A DNA stretch of 64,000 nt. Source: the human T2T-CHM13v2.0 reference genome, Homo sapiens. The DNA lies in NCBI RefSeq assembly GCF_009914755.1, contig NC_060939.1. One strand, given 5' to 3'. The notes under the pieces were generated by a model, which saw nothing but the letters and a program-made list of their open reading frames with translations, did no database searches and was not told the DNA's origin. Below are positions 49,930 through 64,000 of the stretch, piece by piece. Every line of letters starts with the position of its first letter. Position 1 is the stretch's first letter. The position numbers were made by a program, and so were the translations under genes.

Positions 49930-50261
49930 CTTAAATGCCATCTGGAGGGCAGAGATGAAAATCTCACCCTTGATATTGTAAAACTAAAATAGCAGGTTTT
50001 TGAAGCCTCTCAGGCTCACTTGAACCTGCTCCCTACAACTGGTATTTTCAACAAGACAGCCGATGGGTTGTCTACATTCAATCCTCTTAAGTGGATTAAG
50101 GCCATTGGAAGCTCTACACTTGCAGATTTTGTTCTAATAATTATGTGCTTGTGCTGTCTCCTTTTAGTCTGCAGATGCGGAAGCCACCGCTGGAGAGAAA
50201 GCTGCCGTCAAGAACAAGCAATGATAGCTGTGGCGGTTTTACAAAAAAGAAAAGGGGGGCA
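49930..50261 (+). pseudogene. HERV-K env TM C-terminal fragment ending in the polypurine tract
   Basis: HLEGRDENLTLDI..VFEASQAHLNLLP..NPLKWIK..FVLIIMCLCCLLLVCR..AMIAVAVLQKRKGG. PPT aaaaaagaaaagggggg lies just before the LTR. Confidence 0.88.
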
Positions 50262-50711
50262 TGTTGGGAGAAGAGCTGAGTGTTGGGAGAGAAACTGAGG
50301 CAGGGCTTGCATGTCTGACATAATATAAAAGAGTTTTGGAATATGTCTGGGGTCCAGGGTCTAAAATACCTAGTGGCCTTTGGAACATGTCTAAACTTGC
50401 TGGCTCCTTGCTTCTAGCACACCCATTATCTCAAGTAGCCATACGTTTCAAAGAAAATGCTACACCATCACAGCTGTAGCTCATTTGCTTGATACATCGC
50501 TTCCTTTCAACCCCCACATCCTCACCACCTGTTTCTTTGTTTGATCATCAATAAATAGCATGGCCTCCCAGAGCTTGGGGCCTTTGCAGCCTCCATACTA
50601 GAGTTGGCCCTCTGTTCCCACTTTCTCTCTTAACCTGTCTTTTCTCATTCCTTTGACTCCTCCGGATTTTGTAGCCCCCATGGCCTGGTGTTGGGTCTGA
50701 TCACCCCAACA
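50262..50711 (+). mobile_element. 3' LTR, complete (450 bp)
   Basis: Begins TGTTGGG after the PPT and ends CCCAACA (terminal inverted repeat). AATAAA at ~50550. Confidence 0.93.
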
Positions 50712-52860
<2,149 letters not shown>

Positions 52861-52896
52861 TTTCAGATCCTTAACAAAATGTACATACATAAATTA

Positions 52897-52940
52897 CGTG
52901 TGTATATATGTATATGCACATATATGCGTATATGTGTGTG

Positions 52941-52971
<31 letters not shown>
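52897..52971. repeat. Purine-pyrimidine (TA/TG/CA)n microsatellite
   Basis: Alternating tract ending in a (CA)n run. Confidence 0.9.
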
Positions 52972-53240
52972 CCTGAGTTAATGAATCAAAATTCTCTCGG
53001 AGGCTGTATAGTTTATGTCAAAGTCTTCAAAGCATTTAATATATTTCCTTATGAAAAAAAATTTCGATGGTTCTATATCCATAAGAGTAATATTGAATAA
53101 TGCTGATGGTATGCCATTTATTTTCAATATAGGAAAGGATACCACCAGCCACTCCCTGCCACTCTGCTCTTCTATTTGATAACCACAAGCACTCTCTGTC
53201 AGTCAAAATAAGTCTCTGTCACTTCAGTGTATATCTCTGA

Positions 53241-53870
<630 letters not shown>

Positions 53871-54311
53871 GCATGTGTGCTAGAGCTCATTAAATGTCAA
53901 GGAAGGCTCAAGCTCATCTGCTCAATAAATCCACTCTCACAGCCTAATTCGGTATGACAAGCAAACAGGCCACATGATGATGTGACTTAATTTATGAATA
54001 GTTCTAATATGTATTTTAAGCTTTAAATCTTCTTTTCTGACTTCTTTTCTGACTTCAAGTAAGTTGAGTAACACAAAACGTATTAAGCATAAGAAGAAAG
54101 ACTGGTGCATTAGGTTATCAAAATTAGAAATCTCTACTCATCAAAAGAAAATGAATAGGAAGTCCTAGCATGGGAAAAATACAACACACATCTGACAAAG
54201 AATTTGTATGTAGGTTATATAAAAAACTCCTACAAAGAGAAAAGAAAAAGAAAAAGAACTCAAGTTTTCAACAGGCAAAAGACTTGAACAAATACTTCGA
54301 AACAAACTTCA

Positions 54312-54627
54312 GGCCGGGTGCGGTGGCTCACGCTGTAATTCCAGCACTTTGGGAGGCCGAGGCAGGTGGATCACAAGGTCATGAGTTCAAGACCAGCCTG
54401 GCCAAGATGATGAAACCCCATCTCTACTAAAAATACAAAAAAATTACCTAGGCATGGTGGTGGGCGCCTGTAATCCCAGCCACTTGGGAGGCTGAGGCAG
54501 AGAACTGCTTGAACCCAGGAGGTGGAGGTTGCAGTGAGCCGAGATTACACCACTGTACTCCAGCCTGGGTGACAGAGCAAGACTCATCTCAAACAAAACA
54601 AAACAAAACAAAACAAAACAAAAAAAA
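54312..54627 (+). mobile_element. AluSg-like with a (CAAAA)n tail
   Basis: Full Alu. TSD aaa(c/a)aaacttca. Confidence 0.88.
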
Positions 54628-55449
54628 CTTCAAAAATAAAAAATAAGCCTTGAAAATGTTGACTACAGCATCTTAAAACTGTGAATGAATATCTCATAGA
54701 ATAGAGCACTGGGATGTAAGATTTTTTTTTAATGGACAAGACTGCATATTGTTTTGAAATATATAAAAAAACATGTTTTCCTGCATACTATACAAGTTTA
54801 AACTGGCTGAGACTCCTATTCACTGAAAATCTGTATCACCTAAGAAATATAAACAGTCATTATCAACTGTGATTCAACTTTGAGACCAAAATTTCCTGCT
54901 CTTCCAAGTTTTAGACAGGCTTAACTGAAGAATATTCTAGTATCACTTATCTATGTAGAACAGAATTTTCTGAAATTGATACTATAAGACAAAATACAGA
55001 AACTAGGTGTTCAGGAAGATATAAGACTAAAACTGTCATTCACAGCTCCCAATTTCAAAATTCTGTTCATTAAAATAGGTTCATTGTTCTCATTGATTTT
55101 ATACTCTCTAAAGGCTTTATGGAAATAAATCTTATCAATGTGAACTTATAAATCTGAGTTGATAAAATGCTGCTTTTATCAATGTTTTATTTGATGTAAT
55201 ATGACTTAATTTGATAAAATGTTCCACTGCTTTAAAATACTTGAATAATAAGCTGGATTTAAGAACTGCTGGGCATTTTACTAGGATCAAGAACTACACA
55301 GACCTTGTGAAAATGACATATTCACCATGGTACTGGCTAACTGCTCAGGAACACTGAGTAAGGTAAATCACTGAGATCACTGTTCAACAAATACATACAG
55401 TACTTATCCCCATAACATTTTACACAGCATATTTTATTGCAATACTTAC

Positions 55450-55532
55450 TGGTGCTACTATTTTTCCCGTCTGTCCAACTTGCATGTCATTGGGAACAAA
55501 GCCAGCATCAACAGCAGCACGGGAAGCACCAA
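55450..55532 (-). CDS. ETFA: ETFA coding exon 9 (83 nt, phase 1-0)
   Basis: Minus strand ccccttag|TTGGTGCT...GCACCA|gtaagt translates to (V)[27 protein letters not shown] and joins in frame to the exon at 12357-12422. Confidence 0.98.
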
Positions 55533-56424
55533 CTAAGGGGAAAAAATATTTGTCATTTTTTTCAAGCTCTATTATTCAGCTAGTTAGGATATTCACTGAT
55601 AACTGTAAACAAAGACATTGATTTAGAATTCTAAGTACTAGTATATTTTATACAGAAAGCTTCAAGGAATAACTTCTTTTTATACCCAAGTATTTCAGAT
55701 TTTAATTTGGGCTTAACTCTTCTGCATGCTTTATCAAAATGGCAGTCATAAAATTTACACTATAATGTTTAGAATGTCATTATATAATGCTCCTTTAAGT
55801 AATAACTTCACAAGTTTTGAAGAAAGGTTTTACAATATCACCTCTTGTAATACTATAAAGAGAAGATACTGGACAAAGAGTTTCATATAACAAGATGAAG
55901 GTTTAACCAGTATTTGCTATCAAATTCACAAATAAAATTTAACAGACTTTCTATTCTCATTCAACAGGAGTCAACAATGAGCCCTATACTTGGAGTAAAA
56001 CAACCCCTTCCCCAGCAGGAGTCAAGAATGAGCCTCAGGCCTCTTCATCTCAAGCTGAAAAGGACAGAGGGAGCCATAGACAATACAACTAACAACCTCC
56101 AAAAACGCACAGCCTCACCACCACTATCTTGAGTCAGCCAGGACTAATCACACCCTGCCCTTCATTATGTCTGTCCCCATAAGCCCCAAACTCAAAGGTT
56201 ATCCTTCATAACCCATACACTGATCCCCATAATGCTCTGCATGCTCCCTAACCTGCACCAATCTCCCATATTCCTAACCCTTACACTGTGATTTCTGGAA
56301 TATGGAGCCCAATATCAGCGAAACTTAAGTTATATTAAGTTTTATTAAAATGTAAGTTTTAGAACTTAAAACTTTAAGTGTATTAAAACTCAGGTTTTAT
56401 TTACCTAATAAAACTTAACTTTAA

Positions 56425-59140
<2,716 letters not shown>

Positions 59141-59149
59141 CTACACTAG

Positions 59150-61930
59150 TCTTATCTTAATTCCTGGAGATTTCAACACTTGGAGATTTGAACAACTCTC
59201 CTCCAGTGAGCTTGCCCACCACCCTACCTCAGCCACACCCATGATCATATCCTAGACATTTTCTTTACCAAGATTGCTTAATACTCTCAATTTTCAGCGT
59301 CTTTCTGACCTCCTCTTTCCAGCAGACATTCACCTCCAACATTCCTCTGACCCCACTGTAATCTACAATTCTATTAACTCTCCCCCATTGTCCTCTTGTT
59401 TTTGCCCACCTTAAATTCTATGATCAATCATTCTAACCATTCCTTTGCTATGCCTTCAACTTCCTTGTTCTCCTCTTATATCACACCACACTCACTCAGA
59501 AAAACCTCCCTCTTCCGGCTGATTAAGCAACCTCTCCACTTTTTCCATAGCTCTTCTCCTGTAGTTCAGCATTACTGGAGAAAACATCCAAATATCCAAC
59601 CATGTGAAGTATATTTTCCTCTAAATAAATAAACCTTAATTCCTGGCAGTTATACTAAGTTCCCCCAGTCCTTTCATTAGCTGTTTCCTAAACTATAATT
59701 TCATATATTTTCTTCTTTTCAAACTTCCTATACCTCTTTAGCATCCTCATTCTCAGCTGATGACTTTGCTTCTTATTCACTGAAAAAAACTGAAAGGATC
59801 AAAAGAGAATTTCCACATGCTCCAAGTAACACATCTACCCACCACCTGCAGCTATGTCCACATTGTCTCTTGTCTACTCAAGGACATCATTCCAGTAATT
59901 CTGACTTCCCTCAGGGGAGAATTACTGAGGGAGAATAAGGGAGTGACGTCCTTGAGTGAAGTGAAAAAGTATGTGAAGGGAAGGGGAAAAAGTGAAGAGA
60001 AAAAATATGACTACTTTTCCCTCTCTACTGGAGCATTCCCATCAGCATAGAAGCATGTTATTACCTGTCCCAGCTTTATGAAGTCCCCCTGTTGGCCAGA
60101 CTCCTCTTCTAGCTACCATCCATTTCCCTGCTTCCCTATATAGCAAAATCCCTCAAAAAGTTATCTGTATTCACTGTCTCCAACTCCAGCCCTCCCATTC
60201 TATCTCTAAAAACCTTTTCATTAAAATATAACCTACACACAGAAAAAGACAAATGTGCTGCTCAAGAGCATTATCATACAGTGAAGACAACCATGTAACC
60301 ACTACCTATGCCTTTTATTATTTATTTTTTTAGAGAGGGTCTTGTTCTGTCACCCAGGCTGGAGTGCAGTGGCATAATTACAGCTCACTGCAGCCTTAAC
60401 CTCCTGGGCTTAAGTGATTTCTCCTGCCTCAGCCTCCCAAGCAGCTGGGACCACAGGTGCACACCACCATGCCTGGCTAATTCTGATATTGTTTGTAGAG
60501 ACGGGGTTTTGCCGTGTTGCCCAGGCTGGTCTCAAACTCCTAGGCTTAAGCAATCCTCCCACTTTGGCCTCCCAAAGTGTTGGGATTACAGGTGCGAGTC
60601 ACTGCACCTGGCCAGAATTGTTCTTTTAAACCCACTCTAATCAGACTTTTGCTTCCATCACTCCACTGAAACTGCTCAGTGGCCAACGATGTCTAAGTGG
60701 TTAAATCCAATAGTCAATCTTCAGTCCTCACCGTCCTTGACCTGTTAGCAGTGTGTGTCATAGTTGATCAATTTTTTCCCCCCTCAATGAAACACTCCAC
60801 TTGGGTTCCAAAACATAGCCTCTGCCCTGGTTATCTAGCCTAACTTATCACTCCTTTTTGGTCTTCTTTCTCCTTTTCTCTCTTAGCTCTCAATCATACA
60901 GGGTTTATGGCTTAGTCCTGAGTTTTTTTTTTTTTTCCTTAAGAGACAAAGTCTCATTCTGTTGCCCAGGCTGTAATGCAGTAGCTATTCACAGGCACAA
61001 TCATAACACAATACAGCCTCAAACTCCTGGGCTCAAGAGATCCTCCTGCCTCAGCCTCCAGAGTAGCAGGGACTACAGGCTCACACCACTGCACCTGGCC
61101 TGGGACCTCTTTTTTTATCTACACTCCCTCCCTTGGTAATTTCATCCAGTCTCATGGCTTTCAATATCATCCAAATGAACTGATTCTCAAATATGTACCT
61201 CTAGCCCAAACTTCTCCATGGAACTTCACATTCCTATACCAACTGCTTAACTGACATGTCTACTCAGATGTCTGTTATTAGACATCTCAAAGGTTAATAT
61301 GCCCAAAACTGAACTCCTGATCTCTCCCTGGAAACTGCTTCACTCGAGATATTCCTTATCTCAGCTAACTGTAACTCCATCCTACCACTCGCCAGGAAAA
61401 ATACTTTCTCTCATAATCCACATCCAATCTGTCGGGAAATCCTGATGGCTCTACCTTCAAATATATATCTCAAAACTGACAATTTCTCCCCACATCAACT
61501 GCAACTACCCTGGTCCAAACTATGAGTATCTCCCACCTAGACGACTGATATAGCCTGCTAATTGATCTCCCCATTACTATACTTACCCCCTACAGCTTAT
61601 TCACAAAACTGCAGCCAAAGTGATCCTTTAAAAATGTGTTAGATCATGTCATTCTTCTGCTCAAACCTTGAAATGGTTCCCCATTTCATTCAGAGAAAGA
61701 GCAATCTCTACAATGTCCTATAAGGCCCTATGTGATCTGGTCTTGTGTTGCCTCCCAATTTTATCTCTTGCTACTTTCTCTTTTGCACTTTCCATTCCAA
61801 CACTGGCCTCCTTCCTATTCGTCAAATAGGCCAGATGTGTTCCTGCGTTAGACAGGCTCTGTGCACTTTACTAGTTGCTCTGGTCTGGAACACTCTCCCT
61901 CAGATCTCCTCATGGGTCGCTTCCTCACCT
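59150..61930 (+). mobile_element. L2 LINE fragments, with AluJ(-) 60312-60614 and FLAM(-) 60923-61101
   Basis: ctggagatttcaac (EN GDFN), catcactccactgaaactgct, catccagtctcatggcttt and agatcatgtcattcttctgctcaaa are L2 motifs. Confidence 0.8.
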
Positions 61931-61953
61931 CCTTCAAACCTTTGTTCAGATGT

Positions 61954-62385
<432 letters not shown>

Positions 62386-62464
62386 TAAACTTCAATCTTT
62401 CCCTTCAATTCTCCACCCCCCATAACCCATCCTATTAGTCTCCCTAACACTTACGACTCTCTAA

Positions 62465-62732
<268 letters not shown>

Positions 62733-62770
62733 CATATTATATTATTTACTAATCTATGGTGTTAAGTGTC

Positions 62771-63539
<769 letters not shown>

Positions 63540-64000
63540 CCTAAAATAGTACCTGGAATATGGCAGACACTTGATAAATACTTGTTCAAAGAAAGAAGGA
63601 ATGAAAATAAACCCTGAAATACTACCATCTGATTATACAGTGTCAATATAATGCCTTTATTCTGACAAAACTATTACTGTTTCTATGGGTACACGTGTTA
63701 TGTAATAGAAATTTCGCACAGGAAAACCACAGAAAGTTACAGGAAAACCCTGGAAAGTTATATGTTAAAGTCTTAAAAGGAGGGTGAGATGACAGAATTG
63801 GGACATTTTAATATATATTCATTGTAGTGATTGTGTAATTCAAAAATAATCAAATGTCTTTAAAAAGATTTTTTTTCAAAACAGGGTCTCAATTAGGTTG
63901 CCTAGGCTGGTCTCAAATTCCTAGGTTCAAGCAATCCTCCTAACTCAGCCTCCCAAGTAACTGGGATTACAGACACATGCTACTGTGCCTGGCTTAAATT

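Overview
Primate (very likely human, 15q24) genomic DNA covering the 3' half of ETFA on the minus strand. Three coding exons are present (exons 9, 10 and 11 by the standard 12-exon numbering), separated by a ~43-kb and a ~5.5-kb intron. The long intron holds a nested stack of mobile DNA. An old L1M is interrupted by a Charlie1-type hAT transposon fossil, which holds a Tigger3a, an Alu and the full-length TYRO3 processed pseudogene (TYRO3P, itself hit by a young L1PA3-like insertion). The same L1M is also interrupted by a HERV-K (probably HML-1/HERVK14, LTR14A/B-type) provirus. I found no evidence for a wholly new biological system. The most unusual observations are: (1) TYRO3P appears to fossilise a non-canonically spliced TYRO3 mRNA (an in-frame 57-nt insert, a 15-nt loss and a 4-nt gain, each at an apparent exon junction); (2) the provirus 3' region is a mosaic with a second, divergent set of RT/IN/env fragments plus a MER41-like piece; (3) there are DNA-repair or retrotransposition scars (a 40-nt inverted templated insertion inside an Alu monomer and a fold-back at an L1 5' junction); (4) there are several very closely spaced inverted Alu pairs and a very young AluY. 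Repeat subfamily calls and TYRO3 exon boundaries come from my recollection of reference sequences and were not computed.
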